Shown: one piece after another, positions 8,990-19,193 of the stretch
Position numbering within the stretch: the first letter of the stretch is position 1
Layout of the letters: every line of letters begins with the position of its first letter
Assembly (NCBI RefSeq): GCF_000009965.1
Contig: NC_006624.1
Coordinates: 480,001-512,000, forward strand
Source: Thermococcus kodakarensis KOD1
GTDB lineage: Archaea > Methanobacteriota_B > Thermococci > Thermococcales > Thermococcaceae
Length of the DNA stretch: 32,000 bases
Direction: 5' to 3'
Notes under the pieces: generated by a model
Told to the model about the DNA's origin: nothing
Databases searched by the model: none
The model's input: only the letters and a program-made list of their open reading frames with translations
Position numbers and translations under genes: made by a program

Positions 8990-9490
8990 TCACCGCCTCG
9001 AAGGGAAGTTTTCGCTCCTTCTTCTCTCGCCAGTGAGAGACACCCAGCAGTTTTTAAGTTCTTCCAGAACGAGCGTCGCCTCCACGAACGTCAGGTTCAA
9101 TCCAAAAATGGCCTTCAGCCTTTCAATAAAACGTCTGAGTTCATCGGTATCGGCGACGTTTACCTTCATGATGACCTGACTCTCCCCTGTTCTCACATAC
9201 AAGAATTCGATGTTCTCCATCTTGGAAAGTCTTGAAAGGTACGGTCTCAAGGAATCATCGAACTCTTTGAAGTGTAGCTCTAAGATTGCTGACACGAACT
9301 CATCAAGAAACGCATGATCAACAACGGCCGAATATCCCTTTATCGCGCCGAGCCTCTCCAGTTTATCCAGTCGGTTCTTGACGCTCGCAGGGGAGAGGCC
9401 TACCCTCCTCCCAAGCTCGGTAAGAGTAATCCTGCCCTCTTTGCGGAGTATCCTGAGGATTTCTCTGTCCTTTTCATCTACGCCTGCCAT
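8990..9490 (-). CDS. Lrp/AsnC family transcriptional regulator
   Basis: N-terminal HTH (DEKDREILRILRKEGRITLTELGRRVGLSPASVKNRLDKLERLGAIKGY) plus a C-terminal RAM-like domain. I place the start at ATG 9490 (GGTGA RBS) rather than the track's GTG at 9499. Confidence 0.85.
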   Translation of the reverse strand: MAGVDEKDREILRILRKEGRITLTELGRRVGLSPASVKNRLDKLERLGAIKGYSAVVDHAFLDEFVSAILELHFKEFDDSLRPYLSRLSKMENIEFLYVRTGESQVIMKVNVADTDELRRFIERLKAIFGLNLTFVEATLVLEELKNCWVSLTGERRRSENFPSRR

Positions 9491-9523
9491 CTTCTTCACC
9501 GGGAACAGAAAAGAGAGGAAAAA

Positions 9524-10651
9524 TCACCGGGTTATCTTTATCTCCCTCATCAGTTCAAGGGGCTCGGGGTGTTTCTCGAAGTACTCCCTGACCGGCTTGA
9601 GGAGCTCGATGAGGTATTCGGCGACCGCGTTCTTGAGGTCAAGCGGGTGGAGCTTTCCTTCCGCGAAGTCCTTCTTTAGCTCCTCGAAGGTGGTGTATGT
9701 GACGTCGCCGCCGAACTTAGCCGGCCTGTGGATGGTGAACTCAGTCGGTTCTTCCCTGAAGATTATGTACTCGGCCCAGTCAAGGACGGGGTTGTACTTG
9801 ACCTCCCTAGCCGGGCAGAAGGCTTTCCTGAGCTTCTGCTTTATCTCCTCCGGGCTGTCGTGGATGAAGACAGCGGAGTAGGGCTTGCTCTTGCTCATCT
9901 TCATCTGGGTCTTGAGCTCCTTGAACTGCTCCTCGCTCTCTATCGGCCAGACAGGCGGCTCCTGCAGGCCGAGGAGAAGGTGGTGGTGGAGGGCTACCGG
10001 CTTTAGCTTCTCGCCCTTCCACTCAAGCGGGTGGTACTTGAGCTTCTGGGCGACCTCTATGGCAATAACGTGGGCCTTCCTCTGATCCATTCCGGCGTGG
10101 GCAATAGTGACGCCCTGGTAGAATATATCCGCCACCTGCATGGCTGGGTATATGAGCTTGGCGAAGTCTATGGCCTCCCCCATCTGGCGTCCCATGATGG
10201 TTATGGAGCGGAGCATTCTGGCAAGCGTAACGTTCTTGGAGATGTCTATGACCGTCTGCCAGTAGTCGCCCTTATCAAGTATCTCGCTCGCTAAGACGAA
10301 CTCGACCTTGTCCGGGTCGCCGCCCATGACCTTTATGCTCTGCTTCATCCCCTCCTTGAAGTACGTAAGCGCAACCTTCTGGATAACTTCAAGGTCTCCA
10401 CCGAGCTTGTCGTTTATCCAGCTATGCCAGTCGGCGAGGAAAATTCTCGTCTTCACGCCGGCCTTCTGGAGATCTGCTATCTTGGCGCCGGCCATCAGTC
10501 CGGTTCCGAGGTGAATGTAACCGCTTATCTCGAAGCCTATGTAGTGCTGAAGCGGAGCGCCGACCTCAAGCAGGTGTCTCAGGTTTTCCTCCGTTAAAAG
10601 CTCCTCCGTGGGTTTTTTCTTGATGAGCTCTATCTTCCTTTCTATGTCCAT
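9524..10651 (-). CDS. tyrS: Tyrosyl-tRNA synthetase (archaeal long form)
   Basis: 375 aa with a class-I HIGH-type motif (GFEISGYIHLGT, compare GFEPSGxIHLG of archaeal TyrRS) and KMSKS (MKMSKSKP). Length and N-terminus resemble my memory of Pyrococcus TyrRS. TrpRS is the alternative but fits less well. Confidence 0.8.
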   Translation of the reverse strand: MDIERKIELIKKKPTEELLTEENLRHLLEVGAPLQHYIGFEISGYIHLGTGLMAGAKIADLQKAGVKTRIFLADWHSWINDKLGGDLEVIQKVALTYFKEGMKQSIKVMGGDPDKVEFVLASEILDKGDYWQTVIDISKNVTLARMLRSITIMGRQMGEAIDFAKLIYPAMQVADIFYQGVTIAHAGMDQRKAHVIAIEVAQKLKYHPLEWKGEKLKPVALHHHLLLGLQEPPVWPIESEEQFKELKTQMKMSKSKPYSAVFIHDSPEEIKQKLRKAFCPAREVKYNPVLDWAEYIIFREEPTEFTIHRPAKFGGDVTYTTFEELKKDFAEGKLHPLDLKNAVAEYLIELLKPVREYFEKHPEPLELMREIKITR

Positions 10652-10774
10652 TCTATCACCACCGCTTGGAAAAAGGTGGGGTCCTTTAAGGACTTTGCGG
10701 AAGTTTTTCAGGCCTGTTAAAGTTCAGGCGATAAGATTTATAACTTAATCATGATTAAATCAAACGGTGATACC

Positions 10775-11851
10775 ATGAAGAAGGCTGCAATAATACTGGC
10801 GGCTGTTGTGTTGCTGTCTGTTTTTGGAGTTGTTGGAATGCCGAAGGTCAGCGCCGCTGGGGAGGTCGTTATAGCGGTCGACCTCGCCCACGGCGAGAAC
10901 CCGAAGGGGCTGACTGACGTTACTTACGAGAACGAGACCCTGACCGAAGGAATGCTCAAGGTTCTGACTGACTACACCTTTGTCTACTTCGGCGACTCTA
11001 AGTACGAGGCAGACCTCGGCATTAAGAACATTGGCGACAAGATAACCTACGAGGCCCTCAAAGAGAACAACGTTACAATATTGATCATTGGCCAGCCTAG
11101 GAGCCCGTTCTACCCGGAGGAGGTTGAGGCCATCAAGAAGTGGCTTGAGGAGGGCGGCCACGCCCTCTGGATTGCCGGCGATTCTGACTATGGAACCAGT
11201 GGTGTTAACACCATCAACTTCGTTGACAGCGTCCTCAACCAGCTCAACATGACTAACCTCAGACTGGACCAGGCTTCAGTTGAAGACCCCGTCAGCAACG
11301 CCGGAGCTCCCTACCGTGTCGTTGCCTACGCCGACCCGTGGGGGGACACACCCAAGAGGGACATCATCGTCCAGGGCTTCGAACACGATGGAGCAGTCCT
11401 CGCCCACGGTCCTGGTGTCGTTGCCTGGGTTGACGGTGTCGATGGTAGTGGTGACTGGCACAAGCTTACACCGGAGGAGAAGCCCGAGAACACTTACGTG
11501 CTGATTCGCAGTACCGGTGACTCTGTCATAAAAGAGAACGAGGATCCCGCCGCGAACGCTTACACTGCCGGTGAGCAGGGTGAGTTCCCCATTGCGGCTG
11601 CCCAGATTATCGAGCTTGAGGGCAAGAACCCAAGCGTGATCATCGTCAGCGGCGAGACCCCAATCGGCGGCTACGAGCCCATGTGGACCAGCGTTTACTA
11701 CCAGAAGCCGCTCGACGGGCCAAAGGTCGTCTCCAACATATTCAAGTGGAGCGTTGAGATCACCAAGGGTGAAAGCGGAAAGAGCACTTGCGGTCCGGCG
11801 TTCCTCGTCGGCCTTGCCGTCGTGCCGCTCCTCCTCAGGAGGAGGAAGTGA
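10775..11851 (+). CDS. Secreted protein with CGP-CTERM sorting tail, function unknown
   Basis: Signal peptide (MKKAAIILAAVVLLSVFGVVGMPKVSAAGE). C-terminus GKSTCGPAFLVGLAVVPLLLRRRK shows Cys-Gly-Pro, a TM helix and a basic cluster, which is the Thermococcaceae CGP-CTERM pattern. I place the start at ATG 10775 (context CGGTGATACCATG). Confidence 0.65.
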   Translation: MKKAAIILAAVVLLSVFGVVGMPKVSAAGEVVIAVDLAHGENPKGLTDVTYENETLTEGMLKVLTDYTFVYFGDSKYEADLGIKNIGDKITYEALKENNVTILIIGQPRSPFYPEEVEAIKKWLEEGGHALWIAGDSDYGTSGVNTINFVDSVLNQLNMTNLRLDQASVEDPVSNAGAPYRVVAYADPWGDTPKRDIIVQGFEHDGAVLAHGPGVVAWVDGVDGSGDWHKLTPEEKPENTYVLIRSTGDSVIKENEDPAANAYTAGEQGEFPIAAAQIIELEGKNPSVIIVSGETPIGGYEPMWTSVYYQKPLDGPKVVSNIFKWSVEITKGESGKSTCGPAFLVGLAVVPLLLRRRK

Positions 11852-11868
11852 CTTCCTTCCCTTCTTTT
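11822..11868. repeat. 47-nt block identical to 19164-19210 (end of CGP-CTERM coding, stop codon and 17 nt of 3' flank); contains a terminator-like hairpin
   Basis: GTGCCGCTCCTCCTCAGGAGGAGGAAGTGACTTCCTTCCCTTCTTTT is identical at both loci. TCCTCCT/AGGAGGA forms a 7-bp stem with a 4-nt loop (11829-11846), followed by a pyrimidine/T-rich tract. Confidence 0.8.
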
Positions 11869-11928
11869 TGTTTCATTCAACCGACATCCTTTTATTTGGT
11901 TCACTAAAGTTCTAACGGGGATGGTACC

Positions 11929-13383
11929 ATGAGGCGCTTTATTGGGATTCTCTTGATAATCGTTCTTGGCTTAAGCGTAGTCGCCAGCGGCTGTATAGGG
12001 GGAAACGAAGGCAGCAGCGCCGGATCTTCGGGCAAGGGAATAACACTGACCATCGTCACAAGGCATGATGCAACGATCCAGTATAAGGTGAAGCAGCTCT
12101 TCCTACAGAGCGACATCGCTAAGCAGTATAATATCGAGGACATCAAGTTCATAGGCGTTCCCGAATCCCTCTGGCCGAGCTACATCGAGAAGGGTGCCGA
12201 TGTCGGCTGGGGCGGAGGGCCAACGCTCTTCGACAACATGTACAGGATGGGCTACCTCGCCCCGATAACAGACCAGAAGATACTCGACCTCATAGGCAAT
12301 CAGATTCCGGAGGAGCTTGCGGGAATGCCGATGGTCAGGAAAAACGGGAGCCAGGTTTACTGGATAGCGGCGGCGCTTTCATCGTTCGGTTTCACAGTGA
12401 ACAAGGAGGTTCTCAACAAGCAGGGACTTCCTTTCCCGAATAAGTGGGAGGACATAGCTTCTCCTGACTGGGCCAGGGATCCGCAGATGTACGGCATAGC
12501 TGACCCGACGAGGAGCACCTCCAACACGAGGATATACCAGATTATCCTCCAGGCCTTTGGCTGGGACGAGGGATGGAGGATAATGACGCTCATAGCGGCC
12601 AACTCCAAGGTCTATGAGGCCAGCGACGCCGTCAGGGATGCGGTCATCAACGGTGAGATAGCGGCTGGAAACACGATCGACTTCTACGGCTACACGGCGA
12701 TGAAGCAGAACCCGAACTGTGTCTATGTCATCCCAGCCGGAGAGAGTATAATCAACGGCGACCCGATAGCCCTGCTCAAGTACAGCAAGCATCCGGAGGC
12801 TGCTCAGGCCTTCATCTACTGGGTTCTCACAGAGGGACAAGCCGTATGGATGAGCCCCGAGATAAACAGGCTCCCGATCAACGCAGAGGTGTTCAACAAG
12901 ACCATAACTGAGGACGAGGCTAAGATACTCTTCAAGGGCGAAAACGCGGGGAAGACCTACTCTGAGGCGGTGCCGGCGCTGGTAAAGGCGTACGAGCTCA
13001 CGATATCCAGTGAGGGTATTCCCTTCGACGATGCCAGAGCGCTCAAGACCGTCAACTCCCTCCAGTACTACTTCAAGGCGACCCTCGTCGATGTGAACGG
13101 CCCGCTCCACCAGGCCTGGATGGCCCTGGTCAACGCTTACAAGGAAGGAAAGATTACTCAGGAGCAGTTTGAGAAGCTCAAAGACGAGCTTACCGCACCG
13201 ATAGAGTTCAAGGACCCTGAGACCGGACAGATGGTCACCTTCACCGAGGAGTATGCCGCCAAGATTAACGACAGGATCGCAACCGACGCGGGCTTCCAGA
13301 GCCAGCTCATGGACGAGTGGCGCAGTGCCGCCCAGGAGAAGTACAACAAGGTTCTTGAGGAGCTGAAAAAGATTACGGGTTGA
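11929..13383 (+). CDS. ABC transporter substrate-binding lipoprotein (family-1 SBP, Fe3+/thiamine/aminoethylphosphonate-like class)
   Basis: Signal peptide and lipobox-like VVASGC, then a Gly/Ser linker. At 484 aa, its size and its position directly upstream of the fused permease and ATPase fit an importer SBP. Substrate cannot be assigned from sequence. Confidence 0.78.
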   Translation: MRRFIGILLIIVLGLSVVASGCIGGNEGSSAGSSGKGITLTIVTRHDATIQYKVKQLFLQSDIAKQYNIEDIKFIGVPESLWPSYIEKGADVGWGGGPTLFDNMYRMGYLAPITDQKILDLIGNQIPEELAGMPMVRKNGSQVYWIAAALSSFGFTVNKEVLNKQGLPFPNKWEDIASPDWARDPQMYGIADPTRSTSNTRIYQIILQAFGWDEGWRIMTLIAANSKVYEASDAVRDAVINGEIAAGNTIDFYGYTAMKQNPNCVYVIPAGESIINGDPIALLKYSKHPEAAQAFIYWVLTEGQAVWMSPEINRLPINAEVFNKTITEDEAKILFKGENAGKTYSEAVPALVKAYELTISSEGIPFDDARALKTVNSLQYYFKATLVDVNGPLHQAWMALVNAYKEGKITQEQFEKLKDELTAPIEFKDPETGQMVTFTEEYAAKINDRIATDAGFQSQLMDEWRSAAQEKYNKVLEELKKITG

Positions 13384-13567
13384 AGTCTTTTATTTCTTTT
13401 CTCCTTATGTTTTGAGGAGTTGGCCCACACTTGTTTCCACTTGGACGTCTAATTTTGTCGCTTGAAGTACAGAATGTTCCTGGAATCACGACCAGAAACA
13501 TTTAAAACACGCTTATAGACCCCTCTCTGTTGGAACATACTGTAACTCAGCGAGAGGTGGTTGTCCG

Positions 13568-15415
13568 ATGAAGGTCAATAAGTGGAGCGAAAGGCTGTTC
13601 GGGACGCCGCTACCAGATGGCGTCGTCATAACGTCGTTCCTATTCCCTCTGCTCTACCTCGTGGCGTTTCTCATCATACCCACGTTCGTGATGCTAGCGA
13701 CGGCGTTTGAGTACAACGGCCATATCTCTGCCCACTGGTTCAGCAGCATCTTCAGGTCTGCCTATTACTTCAACCCGCTGCATCCTGATGGGTACCTCGT
13801 AAAGACGCTGACTTACGGCGGGAAGGAGGTCTATCACTTCTACGGCTGGGACTTCGGCGTTGTCATTAACTCCATACTGGTATCAATAGCAGTGATGATA
13901 CTGACGACGATCCTCGGAACGGTCTTCGCGTTCATAATGGCGCGCTACGACTTTCCAGGCAAGAACATAATGAGGGTTCTCCTCTTCATCCCGCTCCTGG
14001 TTACACCCTTCGTCAACGTGGTCGTCGTCAAGAAGATGTTCCTCCCCGACGGAATCATAAACTGGATATTCTACGAGCACCTCCACATCTTCCCGAAGCC
14101 CATCTGGATAGACGGGCTGGTCGGTGTCATCATCGCCCAGACCATAACTTACTACCCGATAGTTTACCTCAACGCCTACGCGAGCTTCATCAACATTGAC
14201 CCTTCTCTCGAGGAGCAGGCTGAAAACCTCGGAAGCAAGGGGTTCCACCTCTTCAGGACGGTTACCTTCCCGCTCGCCCTTCCGGGAATTATGAGCGGTG
14301 CAATACTCGTTGGAATATTCAGCCTTGAAGACCTCGCCGCGCCGATAGTCTTCCAGGGAAGCCCGATAGCGAAGAAGCTCATGTCCTACCAGATTTACAG
14401 CTCCTTCGTTTCGGGGTTCGCCATAGGCAACCCGCAGATGGCGGCTTTGGCCCTGGTGATGCTCGTCCTGGCAGTTATAATGTTCCTCGCGGTCAGGTGG
14501 TACGTCGGCCTCAGGCAGTACGCCATGCTCAGCAAGGGCGGAAGGTGGAACCCGAGGGTTGCAAAGCCCAAGTGGTGGCAGGCACTCCTTATAGCCTTTG
14601 TCGCAGTTCCGGTGCTCCTCATTACGGTGTTCCCGCAGATAGGCGTTCTCCTCCTGGCGTTCTCCAAGAGCTGGTACGGAACCTGGCCAAGCGGCTTCAC
14701 GCTTGACAATATGAAAGCGATAATAACACAGCCGGACATTGAGAGGGTTATCATAAACAGCCTTATGTACTCAACCGCCGCAGTCTTCATCATAATCCTG
14801 CTCTCCCTTACCTCAGCTTATGCCTCCAACAGGTTCAAGAAGGCCAGGCTCGCCCCGATAATAGACAGCCTCGCCACGATACCGATAGCGGTCCCTGGTA
14901 TCGTCATAGCGATGAGCTATTTCTTCTTCTTCTCGACGGTGCCGCCGTTTAAGGGAAGCAGCCTCGACCCCACCAACCTGCTGGAGTTCTTCCCTGGAGC
15001 GGCGCTGATACTGGCCTACTCGATCAGGCGTCTGCCCTTCGCCGCACGTTCAATCTCCGCTGGCTTACAGCAGGTTCACGTCTCCCTTGAGGAAGCGGCA
15101 ATGAACTTGGGAGCTGGAAGGTGGAAGGCCCTCACCAGCGTCATAATACCGATGATATACCTCAACCTCTTCGGAGGTGCAATGCTCAGCTTCGTCTACT
15201 GTATGAGCGAGACAAGCGTTGGCATCACCCTCGGTTCGATAAACTCGACCTGGTACCCGATAACTGCAAAGATGAAGGAACTCATCATCGGTGCAGTTGG
15301 AAGCGCAAACCTTGCCGCGGCCCTTGGTGTCTTCCTTATGGCCGTCCAGATAACGGCCATAGTCATAGCCAACCTGATAACCAAACAGAGGTACTCCTTC
15401 ATAGGCCTAACCTGA
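13568..15415 (+). CDS. ABC transporter permease, fused two-domain (FbpB/ThiP-like architecture)
   Basis: 615 aa and highly hydrophobic, with two EAA-type loops (EEQAENLGSKGFHLFRTVTFPL and EEAAMNLGAGRWKALTSVIIPM). Confidence 0.85.
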   Translation: MKVNKWSERLFGTPLPDGVVITSFLFPLLYLVAFLIIPTFVMLATAFEYNGHISAHWFSSIFRSAYYFNPLHPDGYLVKTLTYGGKEVYHFYGWDFGVVINSILVSIAVMILTTILGTVFAFIMARYDFPGKNIMRVLLFIPLLVTPFVNVVVVKKMFLPDGIINWIFYEHLHIFPKPIWIDGLVGVIIAQTITYYPIVYLNAYASFINIDPSLEEQAENLGSKGFHLFRTVTFPLALPGIMSGAILVGIFSLEDLAAPIVFQGSPIAKKLMSYQIYSSFVSGFAIGNPQMAALALVMLVLAVIMFLAVRWYVGLRQYAMLSKGGRWNPRVAKPKWWQALLIAFVAVPVLLITVFPQIGVLLLAFSKSWYGTWPSGFTLDNMKAIITQPDIERVIINSLMYSTAAVFIIILLSLTSAYASNRFKKARLAPIIDSLATIPIAVPGIVIAMSYFFFFSTVPPFKGSSLDPTNLLEFFPGAALILAYSIRRLPFAARSISAGLQQVHVSLEEAAMNLGAGRWKALTSVIIPMIYLNLFGGAMLSFVYCMSETSVGITLGSINSTWYPITAKMKELIIGAVGSANLAAALGVFLMAVQITAIVIANLITKQRYSFIGLT

Positions 15416-15425
15416 GGTGATGATA

Positions 15426-16487
15426 ATGGTCGATGTCAGGCTTGAAAACGTGGTTAAGGAGTTTGACGGCGTTCAGGCCGTCAAGGGGATAAACCTCCAC
15501 ATAAAGCACGGTGAGCTGTTTACACTGCTCGGCCCGAGCGGCTGTGGAAAGACCACAACACTGAGAATGATCGCCGGCCTAGACTATCCGACGAGCGGGA
15601 AGATATACTTCGGCGACCAAGAGGTCACTTACCTTCCCTCCTACGAGCGTGGTGCGGTCCTTGTCTTCCAGAACTACGCCCTCTGGCCACACATGACGGT
15701 CTTTGACAACGTCGCATACGGCCTCAAACTGAAAAAAGTGCCGAAAGAGGAGATAAAGAAGAAGGTCGAATGGGCGCTCGAGCTGGTCAAGCTCAAGGGC
15801 TTTGAGAACCGCTATCCGACCCAGCTCTCGGGCGGCCAGCAGCAGCGTGTCGCAATAGCCAGGGCTTTAGTGGTTGAGCCAAAGGTTCTCCTCCTTGACG
15901 AGCCCCTCAGCAACCTCGACGCCAAGCTCAGGCTCGAGATGCGCTCCGAGATAAGGAGAATCCAGCGCGAGCTCGGAATAACCGTTATCTACGTCACCCA
16001 CGACCAGGAAGAGGCCATGGCGATAAGCGACAGGATAGCGGTCATGAACGTCGGAACGGTAGAGCAGGTGGGAACGCCGAGGGACATCTACGAGAGGCCC
16101 CAGAGCGAGTTCGTGGCAAGCTTCATGGGCAAGACCAACGTCATTCCGGCCAAAGTCGTTGAAAGGGATGGGAACAAGGTTACGGTCGAGTTCGAGAGCT
16201 TCCGCCTCGACGGCCTTTACTACGACGGCGACAAAGATGACGTCGTCCTCGTCATAAGACCGGAGAGAATAAAACTTCACCCGGTTGAGAACGCGGTCTC
16301 CATCGAGGGTACCGTTGACCTCGTTGAGTACTACGGCTTCTTCACGGAGGTCGTCGGTCTCTTTGGAGATACTAGGATCATCGCGAGGACGATAAGCGAC
16401 AGGGAAGTCCAGGGACTTCGCCCGACCCAGCCCGTTACCTTCTACATCAACCGTGAGGACATAATCGTCCTGCCCAAGCAGCTTTGA
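15426..16487 (+). CDS. ABC transporter ATP-binding protein (PotA/FbpC/MalK-like)
   Basis: Walker A GPSGCGKTT, Q-loop, signature LSGGQQQRVAIARAL, Walker B LLLDEPLSNLD and the H-loop VTHD, plus a C-terminal regulatory/OB-like domain. The start could be 15417, 15420 or 15426; the GAGGTGA RBS favours 15426. Confidence 0.9.
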   Translation: MVDVRLENVVKEFDGVQAVKGINLHIKHGELFTLLGPSGCGKTTTLRMIAGLDYPTSGKIYFGDQEVTYLPSYERGAVLVFQNYALWPHMTVFDNVAYGLKLKKVPKEEIKKKVEWALELVKLKGFENRYPTQLSGGQQQRVAIARALVVEPKVLLLDEPLSNLDAKLRLEMRSEIRRIQRELGITVIYVTHDQEEAMAISDRIAVMNVGTVEQVGTPRDIYERPQSEFVASFMGKTNVIPAKVVERDGNKVTVEFESFRLDGLYYDGDKDDVVLVIRPERIKLHPVENAVSIEGTVDLVEYYGFFTEVVGLFGDTRIIARTISDREVQGLRPTQPVTFYINREDIIVLPKQL

Positions 16488-16518
16488 GCTCTTCTCTCTT
16501 CTTTTTGAGGTGAACACG

Positions 16519-17076
16519 ATGTTAGAGCTGATGAGGGAAGGTCAGGTTTACGAGCTCCTTCTAGTCTCAAAGTCCAACGTCACCCCCGTTGGCGTCGTAA
16601 GAAGGGGAGCGACGCTCCATTTCAAGCTCTTCCCTGGAAAAAGCTTTAGAGATTTGCTGGAAAACAACCGGATCGCCCTTCAGATGACCTGGGACGCCGA
16701 GCTCCTCGTGAAGACAGCCCTTAACCTCGACGTGGAGCTTTCCTTTGAGTCTCATGATCAGTATCGATGGATACAAGGACTCCCTGGCTGGCTGGGAGAA
16801 GCCCGGTGCAGAAGAGATGTCTGGACGGACGGGCTCGGGACTACAGAGGTTCTTAAATGTGAATTCTTCCCCGAGAAGAGGCTGGTAGGAAATGCCCGGC
16901 CAATTCCCTTTAGCAGGGCAGACTGCGTTCTTGTGGAGATGGCGGTTCTCTTCACAAGATACCTTGTCAAACCTACCTTGGAGCTTAAGAACAGAATCCT
17001 TGACCTTTACGCCCTCTACAGGCATCTCGGTGGAAACTCTGAGGCGGCAGAATACATCGTTGGACATCTCGATTGA
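16519..17076 (+). CDS. Conserved hypothetical protein, possibly DUF447 (split-barrel flavin-binding-like)
   Basis: About 185 aa. The N-terminal pattern YELLLVSKSNVTPVGVVRRGATLHFKLFPGKSFRDL recalls DUF447 proteins, but this is weak and from memory. A GAGGTGA RBS precedes ATG 16519. Confidence 0.45.
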   Translation: MLELMREGQVYELLLVSKSNVTPVGVVRRGATLHFKLFPGKSFRDLLENNRIALQMTWDAELLVKTALNLDVELSFESHDQYRWIQGLPGWLGEARCRRDVWTDGLGTTEVLKCEFFPEKRLVGNARPIPFSRADCVLVEMAVLFTRYLVKPTLELKNRILDLYALYRHLGGNSEAAEYIVGHLD

Positions 17077-17180
17077 ACCTGAATTCTGCGACTGCCGTGT
17101 TTTTCTTCTCCCCTGGTTCGAAAATAGCATCCAGAGGAAACGTTTTAAGCGGTGTGGATTTCTTATTACCCGGTGATACC

Positions 17181-19193
17181 ATGCTGAGGAAAGTCCTCTC
17201 CATGCTGCTTGCTATAACTGCCGTTTTGGCTGCCGCCGGCTACGTCTCGGCGGAAGAGTACTCCTACACCTACAGCGACTACCTCTACCAGCCGGCTCCC
17301 GTTGTTCCAGCGTTTGCACTCCCAGGAGAGAGCTTCGAGCTCTACGTTAAGGAGGGAGTCTCAGTAAGCTCAATAGAGGCCGTCTCAGTCCTTCACGGCC
17401 CGTACCAGCTGGAAATCCAGGGAACATCGCCGGGAGAAGACGGAATGACTGTAGTGAAGGTCAAGACACCGGACGACATAGCTCCTGACACATACTTCCT
17501 GCTCATAAAGACCGACAAGGGCACTCTCGTCCTCCCCAACGGCCTGAAGGTGTTCAAGGAGTGGCCGAAGGAGCTTAAGCTAGCCTGGACGAGCGACACC
17601 CACGTCACCACGGGTGCAAAAATCGGCTACGTCTGCGGCGACTACTTCCAGAGCAACATCTACAAGCTTGAGGAGATGTGCTCAAACCCGATTCCACTTC
17701 ACAGCGTCGTCGCTACCTACAGCGCCTACCTTTACTGGGGAATGAATGGAGCGACCCTGATGATAAACACTGGAGATGAAGTTGACACCAGCGGCGACAT
17801 GGTCGGTTACAAGATTATGTTTGACATAACCAAGGACACTTCCGCCGCCGACATGCCCGTTGTCGGAATCAAGGGAAACCACGATGACCCGCCGACGGTT
17901 TACACCCAGCTCCTCGGTCCGAAGTACTTCTACGTAACCATCGGCAAGTTCATCATAATTGGCCTCGACACCGGCGGTGACCAGGGATACCCGACGGAGG
18001 ATCAGCTCGATTGGATGGAGAAGGTTCTCGAAGAGCACAAGGACTACACGCCGATAATCCTGTACCACCACCCGTACTTCTTCGATCCGCGCTGGAACTA
18101 CCTCGGTGGAGTTCTCAAGGGCCTTGACCCAGATGCCGACTGGGATCAGATTAAGGGACACCTCCGCAGGAGCTGGTCATCACAGGAAGAAATCTCCAAG
18201 CGCTTCCTTGAGGACATAGTCAAGTACAACGTGCCACTCACCATGAGCGGTCACATCCACCACGATATGTACTGGCTCTACATTGACAAGAACGGCAACA
18301 AGCACTACTTCCTAACCCTAACATCAACCGGTGCCCCTGACAAGGAGCCCAACCCACCTGCAAACCCGAAGCACAGTCCGACATGGTATGGAAGCAACCT
18401 GGTTGTCATCAAGGAGGACGGAAGCGTTGAAATGCCCTATGTCAACGTCGAGATCAAGGACGACAAGGTTCAGAGCGACTTCATGAGCGTTCCCGTTCCG
18501 CAGAGGTTCATGGCCTTCAGGCACGTTTCCGAAGCGGGAACCGCTGTCAAGTTCATAAACCAGCTTGATGAGAGCGTCAGCGGCCCGATAGTTCTCCCGA
18601 TACCGGAGGGGGCAAAGGTTGATCCAGAGGCCACGAACATAACCTACACAGTCCTCGGTGAGAGGCAGATAGCCGACCAGTACTACATAATGCTGAACGT
18701 CACGATTCCGCAGGGTGTCTCCCAGCTCGTTATTGACACTGGTGCAGACACCGAGAAGCCAGTGGTTCAGATAGCCTACCTTCAGCCGAGCCACCCCAAG
18801 CCGAACGCCAACTTCATGGCATACTTCACAGCTCAGGACAACCTTGGTATAAGAGATCTCTACGCCGTCATATACGACGAGAACGGAAACCGCGTTAAGT
18901 ACGGCAAGGTCGACAAGTTCCCTGGAGAGCCCTCCAGTGGAAAGCCTGGAGACACCTTCTACATCGTCCAGCTCCCAGGTCTTGAGGAGGGCAAGTACAA
19001 GATTGAGATAGTTGCAGAGGACTTCCATGGAAACAGGGCGACCGCCACCAAGGAGATAACCATAACCAGCACCTCAAAGGCCGCTAAGACCACCACGGCC
19101 AAGCAGACGTCATCAGAGGGCAAGAGCACCTGCGGGCCAGCGGCCCTCGTTGGCCTCGCAGTTGTGCCGCTCCTCCTCAGGAGGAGGAAGTGA
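17181..19193 (+). CDS. Secreted calcineurin-like metallophosphoesterase with CGP-CTERM tail
   Basis: I place the start at ATG 17181 (context CGGTGATACCATG), which gives a signal peptide MLRKVLSMLLAITAVLAAAGYVSA. Metallophosphoesterase motifs are SDTH, NTGDEVD, GNHD, HHP and SGHIHHD. The C-terminus is GKSTCGPAALVGLAVVPLLLRRRK. Confidence 0.78.
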   Translation: MLRKVLSMLLAITAVLAAAGYVSAEEYSYTYSDYLYQPAPVVPAFALPGESFELYVKEGVSVSSIEAVSVLHGPYQLEIQGTSPGEDGMTVVKVKTPDDIAPDTYFLLIKTDKGTLVLPNGLKVFKEWPKELKLAWTSDTHVTTGAKIGYVCGDYFQSNIYKLEEMCSNPIPLHSVVATYSAYLYWGMNGATLMINTGDEVDTSGDMVGYKIMFDITKDTSAADMPVVGIKGNHDDPPTVYTQLLGPKYFYVTIGKFIIIGLDTGGDQGYPTEDQLDWMEKVLEEHKDYTPIILYHHPYFFDPRWNYLGGVLKGLDPDADWDQIKGHLRRSWSSQEEISKRFLEDIVKYNVPLTMSGHIHHDMYWLYIDKNGNKHYFLTLTSTGAPDKEPNPPANPKHSPTWYGSNLVVIKEDGSVEMPYVNVEIKDDKVQSDFMSVPVPQRFMAFRHVSEAGTAVKFINQLDESVSGPIVLPIPEGAKVDPEATNITYTVLGERQIADQYYIMLNVTIPQGVSQLVIDTGADTEKPVVQIAYLQPSHPKPNANFMAYFTAQDNLGIRDLYAVIYDENGNRVKYGKVDKFPGEPSSGKPGDTFYIVQLPGLEEGKYKIEIVAEDFHGNRATATKEITITSTSKAAKTTTAKQTSSEGKSTCGPAALVGLAVVPLLLRRRK